A DNA stretch of 64,000 nt from Octopus vulgaris (Eukaryota), in NCBI GenBank assembly GCA_951406725.2, contig OX597815.1, forward strand, positions 182,404,001-182,468,000, given 5' to 3'. A program made the translations under genes and the position numbers. Below, in pieces: positions 39,991 to 56,077 of the stretch (its first letter is position 1; each line of letters begins with the position of its first letter). Below the pieces are notes generated by a model. It saw only the letters and a list, made by a program, of their open reading frames with translations. It searched no databases and was not told the DNA's origin.

Positions 39991-42906
39991 TTTTAGTTTA
40001 GATATATTTTTTTCAGTCTTAATTTATTGTTTTCGAGGCCTGAGGATGGCTACGTGACTATCTTCACAATGGAGTGGTCTAATAATCCGAAAAGGATGTA
40101 AATTAGACAGAGTCATATATATGTGATGGCAGAAGGATGTAGCTGGGTGTTGTCTCTTGTCTAATTATCAAGATTTAAAATTATGATGAAAATTAAGCTA
40201 ATCCTTACGAGATTTAGTCTTGAAAGAGAAAAAAGGTGTGACGACATTTAATATCAATTCAATCATTATTTTTATTCCTATTTCAATTGTAATTTTAAAA
40301 ATGTCCCCGAATATTAGTGATTTGCGCAAGGTGTGAATTCATTGGCTTAGCTGATTTAGAAGGAATGCAGACTGAACTCATCTGTAAGATTCGTAACGTA
40401 AAGTGATATCTGTTGCCTACAGTTAAATGAACCGAAACATTTAGATTTGGTTCCCTTCTCTACTTACAATAACAAGCGTTTAGTTGATGTGAACGCAGGA
40501 CTCAGTTGGTGATATTCCAATATCTTATCTAATATTTATGTGATAGTGTGTATCTATATATTGTCCAGTATAGAACTGTGTACATACCCTGCAAAGAAAT
40601 AAAGAATATTTTTTTCATTAATCTTTTCTTGTGTGTATTGGAAATTTTATTTCATTTATTTTGACGATGAAATGAAAAAAAAAACACCACCTTCAAATCC
40701 GTGTATGGATATCTAGTGAGATATTCATATATAAGAATTTAAAATTTATGTTCTGCTTTAAATACTCAAAGTGAGGACTGCCAACTTTTCGCAGATAATA
40801 TCATGTTTTTTGGAATATAAAAACTCAATATATATGTAGAATCAGACACATGGCTGGTCTGGGATTAGATATATATATCACTGCCAGCCTAACTTCCAAT
40901 ATGTTCCCCTCCAATTCACTACCTCAGGCTTTCCTTTTTTTTGCCTTGATTTTATCTGTCTATGCGTTTATTTTTGTTTCTAAATATTATTGTTGTCTTA
41001 CATTCGGTTTTGGTACTAATACCATCGTAAATAGATTTATCTGGTTGCAGAAAGAGAAACATGATTATATATCTATAATCAAAGGAAAACAAAATTTGTA
41101 AACATCTTGTTAATTATTATTTTGACGGAAGAAATAAAAGTATTTCAAATTAAAGTTACATTGAAACAATATATTTGCTTGGAAATAAATGTCTTCCTTA
41201 CTTTATGCTGTTTTTTTTTTTTTGTTTTTAAATAGACTATATTTTGCTTATTGCTCTGAGAAGTGTCGTAGCGTCTAACCTAAATAACTTTTTAATTAGT
41301 GTAGAGTGGAGTTTAAATTAAGATTTCTTTCATTGATGATAACATTAATATTGATTTTCTTTTTTTTTTTGCGTTTTTGGTTGCTCATCTATTTAACCAA
41401 CAGATCAATCAATTTCAAATTCTGAAGAAAGTAAATTATATTTCAATCAAGGAACAGCAGACAGCTATAGAAAACCGACCACTATGCAGAAAAGGAAAAT
41501 TCAGAAAAGTCAACGAATAGATGAGATTACCAAGGGACAAAGAACAATAAATAATTAAGTTTAAACAATAATTAAAATAAAATGATATAACACGCTATAT
41601 GAACATTGAACGACTGAGTGAGATAGATTTGTGTTGACAATTGCATTCAAAACATATCAATATAATACTACGCGTTTAAACATATTAAAATAAATGTAAT
41701 GAATATTGAAATTGGAGACCATTTTGTGAAATAGATGCTACATATTCAAATATTAATGAAATACATTTATAAATAGGACACTCTTCGGGAAATATAGTTA
41801 TAGATGCATATGTGAAAGACTAGGATGATGTAAATGAAAACACTGGATATGAGGTCTGTTTCCCATCTACACTATTCCTTTTATAACTAGTGCACCATTG
41901 GTGTTTATTACCGACCATTCAGTCACTCAAAAGACAAATTAAACACATACATTACTTTGATATTCAATCTAAAAATAGACACTAAAATCTATATATAGAA
42001 ATTTTATGATTACACTAAAATATTTGAACCCATGACATGGACTTTTGGAAAGATTAAATACGCTAATATTTCAAATTTTTTGTAAAATGCATTCTCTAAT
42101 ATTTTCAAAATGACTCCATTCAACAGAAATTAGTTAATAAGTTTAATTACCAAATATTTGTTTACCATAGATTACGGCATTGTCAACCTTACAAATAATG
42201 AATGAGTTAAAAGATTGTTTTTGTAATGTTATGTTCATTCTAATTTCGTTTAGCTTAATCTGTAATTGTTTAGTAAGACAGAAAATATTTATAATTTAGT
42301 TTTATGAGCAGAAGGAATACGCTAATTATTTTAATTATTAAAAGTTTTTCATGGACTATAAACATTTCAAAATATGTCATATAGCGTATGCACACGTCAA
42401 TAATTATGTATTCTACAGGAAGTAATAATTAAAATCATCATTTAAAATCGTGACGATGCTGATTAGCACACGTTGGGAGTCGATTGTAATGAAGATATTC
42501 TAGGAAGCTTAACCAAGATGTATGTCTACTGACTTGAAAATTTTCAACAAGGCATAAAGATATTTATTGTGAATAATTAACCGGCAATTGGATATTTTCC
42601 AATTATCTCAGCTTTCACAAATGTAACTGATGCAACCCTAAGATTTAAATGGTCATCAGTCTATATTGTCTTCTATCTTTTAATTCTTTTAGTCATTAGA
42701 GTGAGGACATGCTGGGGCATCACCTTGAAGAATTTTAGTCGAAGGAATCCACACCAGAGCTTATTTCTTTTTAAAACCTGTTACTTACACACACGCACAC
42801 AAATATATATAAATATATAAAAACCTCGTCATGTATATATATATATACTTGGAAATGGATGCGTCGAGTTCAATTAAATAATAATAAATAAATAACATAT
42901 TGATAG

Positions 42907-42950
<44 letters not shown>

Positions 42951-42964
42951 TACGATATATATAC

Positions 42965-43194
42965 TACGGAGATGTACTTGCACAGCAAGTGACCTGATCT
43001 GATATCGTGTGTTGAAACAAAAACAATTTCAGCGTGGAAGCTGTTTAAAAGCCATTTAAAAACACAAAAACCGTTAGAATTACTTCAATATTTAAATTTA
43101 ATTTGCAGCACGAAATTTTGTCAGTGAAAAGGTAGCGGTCTCAAGGCGACCTAAATATTTTGGCAAACTAAATTTAAATGTTGAAGTGAACGGT

Positions 43195-43197
<3 letters not shown>
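42965..43197. mobile_element. TA-flanked short element ending in an inverted repeat (43069-43195)
   Basis: aaccgtt...acttcaatatttaaatttaatttgc versus gcaaactaaatttaaatgttgaagtgaacggtt. Confidence 0.7.
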
Positions 43198-43228
<31 letters not shown>

Positions 43229-44590
43229 GAAATTTACAGAAAAACAAAAGACGAAGACAGGTGTATAAGCAATATATATATACGCACAACGAAATTCAGT
43301 TCCTGTCTTCTAAATCAACTCACAAGGCACTGGTTGGCGCGAGGCCATAGTAGATACAATGGAGTGGAATTGAGCCTGCAACCGTGTGACTGGGAATCCA
43401 ACTTCTTACCATAACTACGACAGTTAATAGTTGTTGTTGTGTGTGTTTTTGTTTTTGTTTTAGTCTGAAAATAAGAACAGCCTCTGTTATTGGCATATAC
43501 ATATTCAATTAACGTGACGACCAAACGTCTGAAATAACTTTAAGACTTTGCAGAAATATCCTTCAGCCACAAATGTGTTATAAATATTGGAGAATGTTGA
43601 TAGGGAACAAAAGTATATAACATGGACAATAGGAGAAAATGAACTTACTGACGCAGTCCATATGCAGAAGAATGGATGTTATTGAATACAGACGCCAACG
43701 TTTATATTTTTAACTTATGCGAATCTATGATTAAATATTGCTTTTTTAGTTATTTTCTTCTCAGATACCAAATGGATTTTCTAATTGAAAACACATGTGC
43801 AAGGATACTATACGTTTATTGAGAAACATTAATGCTATTTAACTCTTGTTTTCATAGTTATGTTTCGTTTTATATTTCTATATTTACGTGTATGTTTTCT
43901 TCTTTTCGATATCACATTCAATTGTGATTTTCGACGACATTGACATCTCTGTCTATATAATAAAACATGACATTAATACTGAAACCACAACTTACTATTC
44001 CATCGGTAAAGTCCCGTAGATTAGAATTTCCTATATTGGCACATAACAAAAACAGAACGTTTCTGTAGCTATCAACAGTTTAGAATTAGATTTCTTCTGT
44101 TGCTTCACCTATGAAGATACCCTTTGTACCCACACACTATGTTAATTAAATGGGAAACATTCTTTTCAATATTCCAGCTGCCCAAAGCAATCTGTTTTCG
44201 ATTTCATCTTCCCCATTTTTTTGCTTACATTTTTCATATATATTACGAAATGATTTAAGGTTTCATAAGATTTTATCTATCACACTTTTGGCAATATCGT
44301 GGTGTGTTTTGGTCAGTTTCACTTGAACTACACGTCTTATATCCGTTAGATTTAATGATGCTTTTTTCCAAGTATCAGAAATCCATCTAATAATATATGG
44401 AGATTGATTTGTCATTGCATTTCTTCTGATATTTTTTCTATTCCGTAAAACGTTAAATGAACGGACAGCCGCAGGAAAAGTACAAATAGCATTTAATCAT
44501 TTGATAATTTATCCATACACCACACACACACACACACACGCACACACACACACACACACAAACGCACACACACACACGCGCACACACGGC

Positions 44591-44635
<45 letters not shown>

Positions 44636-44705
44636 ATATATAGAAAGACGGATTGACGGAGTGCACGATAGATCGGTTGAGACGTAGACAGACAGACATA
44701 TACAC

Positions 44706-44774
<69 letters not shown>

Positions 44775-45401
44775 AAGAGAATGATATATATATATATATA
44801 TATATGGTGGGAGAGAGGAGAGGGAGAGAGAGAAAAATAGAGTGAGTGAGAGGGAGAGAGATGGTTAGATAGATACATACATATATTCGTACGTACATAC
44901 ATACATAGATACATACATACATACATACATACATACATACATACATACATACATACATACATACATACATACATACATACATGCAGCCAGTCACAAGAGA
45001 AACTTCACGACTCTAGCCAGCCATATCTGAAGATTAACAAAAGTGGAACGTTGAATATATTTAGTTCAAGTGTCTGAACGCTTTGCACAATGATAAGAGT
45101 AAATGCATTTTATCTGGTAATCCGCAAAGAGATACCTGAATTTTAGAAATGAAATACTTAATAGATGCCCGCACACGACTTCATATCCACTTTTTTGCAA
45201 AGTCTAAAATTGCCCAACTAGCTGCTGTCTCATGTAACCTAGTCAATTTCCGCACGTAAATTTCATATTTACCTCTTTCACACATCCTTCTACAAATATC
45301 CCCAAATATTTCAATGCATGTTATACAAGTAACTTTCTCTAGAAAATACATACATATATAACAACAAAATATACATAGACACACACACACACACACACAC
45401 A

Positions 45402-45455
<54 letters not shown>

Positions 45456-45671
45456 TAATTTAGAGAAAAACCTCTATTAAACAATTCAATAACGAAAGAT
45501 GTTATTCACACCATATAGAAAACCTATACTATAAACAAAACCTTATTCTAAAAATCAATAAAGTACAATAAATAGTAAAATTATATACTATGCATATATT
45601 ATATATTGTGAAATTTGATTTTAAATTGTTAAGTTGAATTTTTCCGTGTAAGTTTTGGAATTATATTCCCA

Positions 45672-45802
<131 letters not shown>

Positions 45803-45849
45803 CATGAATATAATTATACACACACACATATATATACATACATAATACT

Positions 45850-48800
45850 ATGTATCAATGCATATATTTCCATTCCATTCCCTGCTTTTACAAATAACTA
45901 ATCTTTATATACAATAATCCATAGAATTTACGAGATCTTAAAAATACCAAATTCATCCCCTCCAAATTCATTACCACCATCCCTTTCTGATGGCCTAAAG
46001 ACATTACAATATTTGCCGTTCTTTCATGAATCGCTTCGGTAGCCCTGTTGTCTTCGATCTCTTGTGTGAATGAAGTCCTTTAGTTTAAAATCTGTCCATA
46101 TTAAGACATCACACACACTTATACATAGATATGTATGTTTTTATGTATACTTAAATGTATGTGTGTTTAATGTATTGCTTTTTTTATGAAGCTACGCATT
46201 GTTCTGTTAAATTGAAATTGTTTTCTGTAAGGTGTGTGCTGTGCTATTTTTTGCGTACTTCCTTGTTTTTTGTTCGTTTCAATTTTCAATACCTGATGCA
46301 TCTCTTGTTACAAACATCACTTTTTCCCTTGTACGTTCATACTATTTTGATTCCTTGCGAAGCATTCGTCAGAAGTGATTGTGATGTCTATCAGAATACA
46401 TATTTGATTTCGTTGTTTGATTATGATACCTGGTCATTTCGTTTTAATCTCTTTGTCAGTTTGGTCAAACGTTCCCACATAATTATAGCTATGAATTTTA
46501 TTTGCTGCATGCTTATAGCACTTATTCTCAATTTTCGTGCCGAAGTGTCGGCATATTGTTTAGTGGAGGCAGATACCGCCCCAGTCATATCTGCAGATAT
46601 GTTATGTATTTGAAAGAATTGACAACCAGAAATTATGTTGGCAGCTGGTTCTTTGTACTGGTTGCCTAGTCTGCAGCTAGCAGCCTCTTATTTCATTATT
46701 TTTATTGTTATATTTTTTGTATATTTTTCTTTCATGGGAAAATGTATTGATTCTGTGCAGCTAAATTCAGACCTTCACTTTCTGCTATTTTTCGTTCAGA
46801 CTTTCTGAGGTCATTATTGTCTTTCACGCTGACACACTTCCTCTCTATTGAGTCTTGCAGGATATTAGCCAAGCGATTTTTTTTCCAACTTTATTTTTAT
46901 CTTATTTTCCTTACTTTTTCTATTATTGTCGTTATCTAAATGTTTTTCTTCGGTGTAATTAGGTTGCACTTTATTGTTTCCTTATGTATGGTAAAAAATA
47001 TTTTCTTCATGTTCTCTTATTAAACTAATCAGTCTTTCTCTGTTATTTTCAAACTATTTTTCTATACGTATTGTCTTTACTTTGAAACATTCTCTGATTT
47101 TTATTAAGGTTTTGCCAATTTGTATCAGTCTTGGTTTCCAGCTCCAGAACGAGGAAATACTTTTGTAGTTTTCAATCCATTCAGTTTCCAATATATAATA
47201 CTAACTCAGTATTTTATGGTTTGGTAATCTAATACAATACACTTGTCTTATTTCTAGCGTTAATTTCGTTTTCTAATAGTTATTTGGCATATTTGCAGTT
47301 CCATTTTCTAAATTTTTCTTGTATATTTAGTATTATTTTGTGTCTTAGCTTTTTGCAATTATGTGCATGTGTAGCTGATTTATTTCCCTACATTTTATAT
47401 CTAACAAACTCCAACATAATGATTTCGCTTGTAATTTGTCCCTTTATAGATTTTCCTCGGCCTGTTTGTCTAATGATACGAGTATTTTAATAAAAGCTGT
47501 TTCTACAATAGTTTTCTTCAGAGGGGATTTTTTTCGTGTAGGTACTTTATGCTATACATCATGCATTTTTAACTACTGAAGAATTTATTCGGTTTGGACA
47601 TTACTAAAGAAAATAAAGACTTACTGAAAAATTTAAGGCGTATTGTATCGTTTTATGAACTTCACGTTGTTTTGCAAAGTTACTTTGTATTCTATTCCTA
47701 TTTTAGTATTGTATGGTTGATATAATTTATAGTATTGGGGTGGTTTTATTATGTGTAGTGTTTCTAATATCCACCACAATGGCATTTTGCCAAATGTTTT
47801 TCAATAATCAATCTATGCTATGCTTAGACTTTTTCTTCTTTTTTGCTTTCTGTAATAGGTTATCGGTCTACCAATAGTGGTTCTTGATAAGTACATATAT
47901 TTCGTTCTTCCGGTAATGTACTTTTACATTGCAAATGAACAACTAATCTTTGAAGAGATTAGATACAAGGGCTTTTTATATTTTCGTTCCACCTGTTATT
48001 GATGTGAAATATTTGGAGAGTCTTGGTGCGTGCGTGTGTGTGTGTATGTGTGTCTGTCTGTCTGTTTATGTTGGGAATCTTATTGTTTTCTCTTCTAACA
48101 GTCAATCGAGAGTTGATAATTTTCTCTTTAATAATCCGTTCGATACATCGCCATAGATTACTTTATAATAATTAAGTTTTAAAGTCAGTAACTATTAATC
48201 CTTAAAGCAACTTTCGCTTTGCTTCCATTCATTATTTCGATGGTGAATTGTCCTCAAGTGATCCTCGACTATATTTATAGTGTGATGGCCATATTCTTTT
48301 ATTCCTTTTCTAATCCATTTTACTGTTTGACTTCGCCAAATTCTTTCGTTCCATATTTCCTGACAGGAATTTTGACTTGCGTTGATGCAGATTACTCATT
48401 TTATATCATACACTTTATTCAAAATGTCTTCAGGAATATTTAATATATTTCCTAAATAATACATTTTTGAGAATTTATTTTAGTTGGCGTACATAGTAAT
48501 TTGAAAACAATAGCATAAGTTGTTATAGGCTTTCAAAGACTGGCTCACTGAATATCTGATAACGGGAATATGGAGAGAGCGTCTCCGATCTTCTGCAGAA
48601 CAATCACTGTAATGGCCTCCGTTTGTAAAGCAAGTCTTTATAACTTCTTTCGATATACAATTATTAAAAAATATGTCCTCCTCTCCGACACATATATATC
48701 GTCTGCACTTTTTCTATCGTCTAAATTCCACACACAGTGTACTAATCATTCCGAAGTTCCGCTAGTAGTCCTCCACCAAAAGGTAAAAAAAAACCCACCT

Positions 48801-48900
48801 AGGTGCAACAAGAATATTTTAACCAAACACTAATGCCTGTTCTATTTGGGATGTTTGTCTCAGATGTCTTTTAAAAGTAATCTTTACATTTCCAAGATCG
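45850..48900 (-). mobile_element. Highly decayed R4/Dong-like non-LTR retrotransposon (RT + restriction-like endonuclease)
   Basis: Minus strand: LPEE...LLVD...A*IDY (cf. LPEEQKG..DQLLID..AWIDY) at about 47760-47920; RYDW..ICLH*TICRHFG and QTDKEIKTK*PGIIIK...CILIDITI at about 46340-46600 (RHD and PD..D motifs); boundaries approximate. Confidence 0.75.
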
Positions 48901-50696
48901 TTGCTTTTATCTAAATTTTATGTTATATATTTCTAATCATTCCTTTAAATTTCGCTTTGTCATATTGGCCTCTTCTTTTAGTATGTTATTAAATAACGGT
49001 TAACTATACTGCTTTATTTAAAATATTGTAAATTTTATATAGTGTTTTACTGTTATGTTTGGGAAACGTCACAGATGATAAAGTCATTACACACTCACCA
49101 GTAGCTGCTGTGTAGAGGTCACCTTTCTTTCAAAACAGTTGATATTTTCTTTGACCCAAAAACTTCCTCAGCACACATCCTTGCTAACAGGTAGATCTAA
49201 CGACAGCAAAAATCAGTTGTAAGCTAAAAACCAAGCATTTAAAAGAAAAATGTTACAGATTGGTGTAGCTAAAAACATTTCCAAGCAGATAGACAAACAT
49301 CAACTGTTTTTAAAGAACAGAAACACGAAATATAGACACGCAATAACGAGTGGGTGTACTTGTAGTTTTTATGAATTACGATTCTTCCCAAAGGTAACAA
49401 TTTATGTTTCAACATACAGCTGCAGATAAAAAAAAATATTTGAAAAATAAATTATGTCGCACATTTTCATTTTTTCTATAAGCATTCACTGATGAGGGCC
49501 TTGCACTTTTAGAATCGAGTACAACTTTCCGCAGTAATGCACTGAATAATAGATAATAGTTACTATGAATAAATATTCTCTTTGTTATTCATGTCTTGAA
49601 GAATATAGCAAGTCTGCTTCCCCCACGAGGAAATAGATTTATCTTGAAAAACGAATGTGAAATGGAACAAAATTAAACGAAGGTGTAAGTGTGTATTGTA
49701 CAACATTATTCACAGACCATACTAGTTATGTCTTGTGGAATTTATCCATGTATTCAAGCAAAATGTGAATGATTTTGCCGAAGTCAAGTATCATTCCAGC
49801 TGAACCAATTACGAATGGAATGATAGGCACATTCGTTGACAGTTGTATTAATGTTAATGCCACACCTAAAGAGATGTATCCTTAGATTTATCAACTAGTT
49901 TCTGCGCAGTGCTCTAGTGATTTGGTATTCGTTCATTAATAAGTAGTAAACTATTCTCATTTTTGTCATGAAAAATTATGTTAGACATCTGATATGTTAC
50001 TTCGTTTTCTGTTCCATTAATATTCTAAACTTTCTGGCGATTCATAAGTGTACAGTAATGCGTTTTTACCATACAAAATGGATGTCGTATATGTTATATT
50101 TTTTGGCTATTTTTATTATTTCCGAAGACAATATTACTTATGAAAATGAGAAAAGTATCTAAAGGAAAATGGTAGCGCTCTGAGTCAGAAGAAATTGAAT
50201 AGCTTCCACCGCCGATTTCTTTAAGACCTCTTCTCATTTGGTTTACTGTTTTGTAGTTAAATAAGATTTCTGTAGTCATTTATTTTAAAATCAAACTAGA
50301 GCATTTCGAACAGCTAAAAGGTTCGGCGGCTTAGCATTTTATAACGATTCAACTGTCGAATTCGTAGTGTTTCCAACAGCAATATGCTCTATATACAGCC
50401 CTGTAAATTGTTTATATACATCTCCGTCGAACGAGTACGAAAAAGTAAAGTGAGTTGCATTCAACTGTTAATCATTCAAGAGAATTGCTATTACACATTT
50501 AAAGCAACGATGAATCGTCATCCAAATAGATAGGAAATCCGCTCTTAGCTATTCAGACATGTAATTGATATTAAAAATGCTGCCTATAATATGGTACAAA
50601 GAGTTACAGGAGTCCATTCATGAACTGACACCTGTATCTCTCTGTTACTCACATATATATATATATATTTACTCTGGTATCTCTTTGTTACTCTCG

Positions 50697-50742
<46 letters not shown>

Positions 50743-51168
50743 CGTGTGTGTGTGTGTGTTTGTGTCTGTCTGTCTGTCTGTCTGTGTGTAAAGAGATAGA
50801 TAGATAGACCCAGGGCATTTATACTGTTTACTGAATTCATTCATAAGGCGTTAATGTGCATCAGGCAATACTAGAAGAAACTTTCCCAAAATGCCGCGCA
50901 ATGGGACTGAAACCGAAACCATGTGGTTTCAAAGCAAGCCCATTAACAACACAAGATATTACATATATAATAATCCTGTCAACTATAGGCTCGAATCCTG
51001 ACATTTTGGAAGAGCGCTAGGTGATTTCGGAACGTAAAACCGGGAGAAATGCAACTGTGCATTTCGTTCGGTGTGATAACGATTGTGCCACTCCACCCCA
51101 TATCACGTTTGTAATAATCTTTAGTACAAATCCCATTTTTTGTGTATATAGAAGTAGATTGTATGTAA

Positions 51169-51264
51169 ATATCTTAAAATGCAATATAAATCGTCGTCGT
51201 CGAAGTAGTAATTGTAGTAGTAGTAGTAGTAGTATCTTAAAATGCAATATAGATCGCCGTCGTC

Positions 51265-51313
<49 letters not shown>

Positions 51314-51383
51314 CAGTAGCAGCAGCAGCAGCAGCAGTAGCGGCAGCAGCAGCAGCAGTAGTAGTGGTAGTAGTAGTAGTGGC

Positions 51384-51430
<47 letters not shown>

Positions 51431-51507
51431 AAGAAGAAGAAGAAGAAGAAGAAGAAGAAGAAGAAGAAGAAGAAGAAGAAGAAGAAGAAGAAGAAGAAGA
51501 AGAAGAA
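51169..51507. repeat. Short tandem duplication followed by (AGT)n(AGC)n(AGA)n tracts
   Basis: tatcttaaaatgcaatata.atcg.cgtcgtcgaagtagta x2, then pure trinucleotide runs. Confidence 0.95.
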
Positions 51508-51901
51508 AAACAAGAACAAGATCGCAAGGAACTGAAAAAAATGAATAAATAGACAAAAGAGAATTATTATTTTTTTACATTTCCGCTGATATTTTTAGTA
51601 ATTTACTTCCATTTATAACATATTCACTGCTTCTTCAAGTGAGATAATTTATGAAAACAACGAAGTACAAGGAAAACATGGCACAACAAAATATTAAAAG
51701 TAAATAAAAGTACGTAACATGAATTTATAAATATAAGAAATACGTATCTTCGAATACACGTACTTACATACAGATATCTTAACATGTTTATATTTTTACA
51801 CACACACACACACATGCATAGACCTATTCATAAGTACATACATGCATACACATATAGTTTCATACATATATATCTATGTGAGTATGTATATATATATATG
51901 T

Positions 51902-51951
<50 letters not shown>

Positions 51952-52110
51952 ATATATATATATATATATATAAAGTAAAAGAAGGAAGCAAACATACTTC
52001 TGCATCCGCATTCAAACAGCGACCATTCAACACGTTGGAGTTCGGCTTTAACTGCTCTTCCTCCCTCTCTTTGTCTTTATATATACATATACATATACAT
52101 ACATACATAC

Positions 52111-52152
<42 letters not shown>

Positions 52153-52438
52153 GTGTATTTATGTGCATGCATATGTACATATGAGCATATATGGTTGCAC
52201 GTGTGTTTGTGCTTGTGTGTGTATTTTTTGCGTGCATAGACAGTTGTCAACGCTGACATAAATTTCAGTTTATCGCGTTAAGAATTTATATATGAACGTG
52301 ACACATATTAAGTCAGAAGAATATTTAACGTTACACAATCGTCTTAACCTATTAACTAAAGCGAGGCACATCAGTTTGCATAGGTGTGAATAAATGAATT
52401 AGATATATTTTTAATTAATTACCTTATTACAATAGCAG

Positions 52439-52517
<79 letters not shown>

Positions 52518-52549
52518 GGGTTTGTATGATTGTGTAGAGAGGGATATAT

Positions 52550-52769
52550 ATTATTCAAAGGAATTCCAACTCTATTTTTTATGTTTTATTTATATTATCT
52601 ATAATATTAATGTAGAATATAGAATATATAGTATAAATAATATATATATAGTAAAATAAAATGAAGTAATGATTGTCTTATTGAATAGATGAAATATTGA
52701 ATATAAAATATTAAGGGACTAATATACTTTCTTGCATTAAAGCAGTCTTCAAGGTCCTAGGTTGTGACA
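52550..52769 (-). mobile_element. Second copy of the 13299-13514 hammerhead-variant element
   Basis: Minus strand 52757-52716: ggac-CTTGAAGA-ctgc-tttaat-gcaa-GAAA-gtatat-TA-gtcc. Confidence 0.75.
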
Positions 52770-53524
52770 GGCGTGGAGTGATGATGATATATATATACTG
52801 TTTACGCGAGTACTTCTTGCTATATTACCATCCACCCACTACTCTGTTATTCTGCAGTTGAAGGATAGTTGGTATGATATGTTGGTGTGTTTGTGATGAG
52901 GGACAGATAAGCGTCTGTTTGAATGAAACTTGCTTGAACTCTTTACTGAGACAAGCTTCTATATTCATTAGTCATAGCGAATTTGTAAACAGCGGAGGCG
53001 TTCGTACAGGATGCAAATGTGCTCGTTTGAACGAAGGAGACAAAGAATGCATTGCAGTCGGCAGTTGCAACTGTGAAGAATTACATGACTTGATTATTCG
53101 CATCGATGCACTTGTGCTTTACATATAGGATATCAGTGATAATCCCCTAAGTGCAAATTCTTTAATAGTTCAATGCCGTTTAGATATAGTGGCAAGGAAA
53201 AGCAATGGGGGTAGATGAAAAGTTGTTGGCTGTTAAAAATGAGTGCACTGGTTACCTAAGGCTAATGACACCATTAGAAGACATAAATATGTTTATGATA
53301 TAAGAGTATATAAAAAGACATGGACGGGAAGAAGAGCACCAAGCTAGAAAGGACAGTCAAATGCCAAACCACAAAACATTATTCTTATAAATGGTGCATT
53401 GCTTGTAGGCGAGCAGGACACTTGAATAAATAATGTATAATTATGAAACTACAATACGTACCGAAAACACAAAGTACGCACACACACATTTCCAGCGACT
53501 CTACTGACTGATTAATTAATCACT

Positions 53525-53600
<76 letters not shown>

Positions 53601-53604
53601 TCAT

Positions 53605-53973
53605 CTACCGCAAGGCTTCACTTCCACACACGCCAGCTTAATTTAATTCGTCCTTAGTCGAAAGACACCTGTTGTAAGTGTCCTGTTGTTTGTATTTGTA
53701 ATTATGTACCATTTATCCGTTTTTCTTCGTCCCTGTTTTCGTATACATTTGCTTGCTTTCTTCCAAAGAATCTAATACCCTTATCTTAAATTTTCTTGGG
53801 GACGGCCAGATTGGAGCAGTCTCGAATGTAACCGGCCGATACTGCAATCTGGAACGACGATCTGGAACTCGACAGAAACGTCCGAATTACAAATCCTTGT
53901 TTTTTTCCTGTCCTTTTTTGTATCGTCTGTCCAGATGTTTTGTTTTTGCCTGTTACGTTCGTGTTCCAGTTTT

Positions 53974-53977
<4 letters not shown>
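53605..53977 (+). mobile_element. TA-flanked repeat, same family as 12715-13160
   Basis: Shared blocks with 12910-13145; contains ggcc...ggccgatactg and gaaacgtc hammerhead-like 3' halves without intact cores. Confidence 0.7.
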
Positions 53978-54037
<60 letters not shown>

Positions 54038-55152
54038 GTGTGTGTATATATATGAATATATATGTGTATATATATGTGTGTGTGTGTGTGTGTAAATATG
54101 TATGTAATATGTGTGTGTGTGTGTATGTATGTATGTATTAGAGAATGTTCATCTTTCATCGTTGCTCAAAACTTTCACGCATTTAAAACACTTTCTAATC
54201 CTTTTAGGATATTGCTTTTACAGAATATGATGAAAAGTTATTACCGCAGTAATTATACATATTGTATTCTCCCGCAGAGGAAATCTAGTCAGCTGACGTG
54301 AAGATTAGCGTTTTAAGTCATACTACCTGTAAATGGGACAGCTAAATGTTATCTACTTCACAAGCAATTAGTTAAGGTAGATTTCTATAAAGATTTCTTT
54401 GTGTTGTGATGTTCAAGAAGCACACATAAGCACATACGCACATATATGTGTGTGTCATTTTTGTTGTGTTTCCTGCTTAGCCCTCGATCGGCTGTCATCG
54501 ATCAGATCTAAGGTCAAAGCAAATTTGGTGAACAGGATCCCGCTTGCTTGATAGACTTTGTGTATACATTAAAGATTTGTTTGGCATTCCTAGCAGTTCG
54601 ATCACCGAGTGTATGAGTACCTCTTTGTATGTGTGTATGTATATGTGTGTGTTTCTGTGTGTCGATGCATGTGTGAACGCGGGTGCGCGCATGGAACAGT
54701 GGGGACTCTAGAACCTACAAGTCCTGTTATGTTACTAATATTACTTAACGAGAGACAACGTTAGAAAGACACCAAACACCACATCTTTTCGCCATCACTT
54801 ATGCAAATGTATGTCGTCTCCATTAAAGCTAATTTTCCTTGTAACATTCACTTTTCTACCTAATTATTCAGGATATTTGTTTACTTTACTGAGAACTTCT
54901 TTCAATGTATGTGTATATTGATAAAACACTTTCTTACCGAATAACTGATACTTATAGACACGTCTCTTTAATTATCGGTGACCGCTTAATTATTTGTAAG
55001 TTTTAAAACAGTCATTACCATAAAAGTTGCGCGGTTTTATTTCAATCGTTGTGTAAATAACTGCGATAGTGAAAGAATTTAAAGGTTTAGCACAATCATT
55101 CTTACATATACCTCTCTCTCTCTCTATCTCTCTCCATATATATATATATATA

Positions 55153-56023
55153 TCTTTATATATATAAAACTGAGAATGTGTGTGTGTGTCTGGCTGTCTG
55201 TCTGTGTGTTTCCCTAAAACTTGAGAATTACACAACCAATTTCATTCAAATTTTATACATGCCTTACTTAGGGTCCGGGGAGTGTCATCGGAAAAAATTT
55301 TAACTTTTTGCCTAGGGCGAGCCCACAGCAATATCATATCTTCTCCACTACGATTCCCTAAAACTTGAGAACTACACAACCAATTTCAAATTTTACACAT
55401 GCCTTACATTGGGTCCATGTAGTTTCATGGGCAAAAAAAAAATGTTCAACTTCTTGCCTAGAGCAAGCCCATAGCAATATCATATCTTCTCCACTATTTC
55501 AGTATTACGTGTTAAAAGTGAAACAAATATATTTCTCTATTTATGTCAGATGCTTTCACTTTAACAATAAAAATAATAATAACAATTGAATTATATGTAG
55601 TAAGTAATAATTAAAATCAAACTAAAGTATAATATAATCGTAACATAACAAAAGTAAAAATAGCAATTGGTATAAAATTGCATCAATGATTTGAACTTGA
55701 ATAAGTGGTTTCACGTGAATGGGAATAAATTAAAAATAAAATTAGCGTGCAGAAATGGAATAGTCCAGATGGATAATAAAAAATTAAATTAAAGACTATT
55801 GTCTATAAAGTATATAATGTAGAGAAAAAAGAAGAGCTAACAATTCCAGTGTGTTATATATTTTGAGTATTCTTATCACTAGCGATATCAAGATATAATT
55901 TTGTATTTTGCATTTTATGTGTAGATGTATATATATAGATGTACATGTAATATATACACGTATATATATACATATATACATGCACTAGTACTATGACCCG
56001 GCAACGACGGGTCTTTAATGCTA

Positions 56024-56024
<1 letters not shown>
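55153..56024 (+). mobile_element. Non-autonomous Helitron with an internal tandem duplication of about 140 bp
   Basis: A|TCTTTATATATATAAAA start; hairpin gacccg-gcaacga-cgggtc then CTAG|T; ccctaaaacttgagaa...atatcatatcttctccacta occurs twice (55213-55496). Confidence 0.85.

Positions 56025-56077
<53 letters not shown>

Noticed and set aside
43119-43165. Hammerhead-like geometry (tgtca...ggtagc/gcgacc...tggca) at the centre of the inverted repeat
   Set aside because: Neither core strand is intact in this copy
51017-51556. Poly-Ser/Arg/Leu/Glu ORFs
   Set aside because: Trinucleotide microsatellite artefacts
52874-53128. 84-aa Cys-rich ORF
   Set aside because: No recognisable cysteine pattern or signal peptide; the opposite strand has a weak LGDYH-like trace suggesting a decayed LINE endonuclease; insufficient support either way
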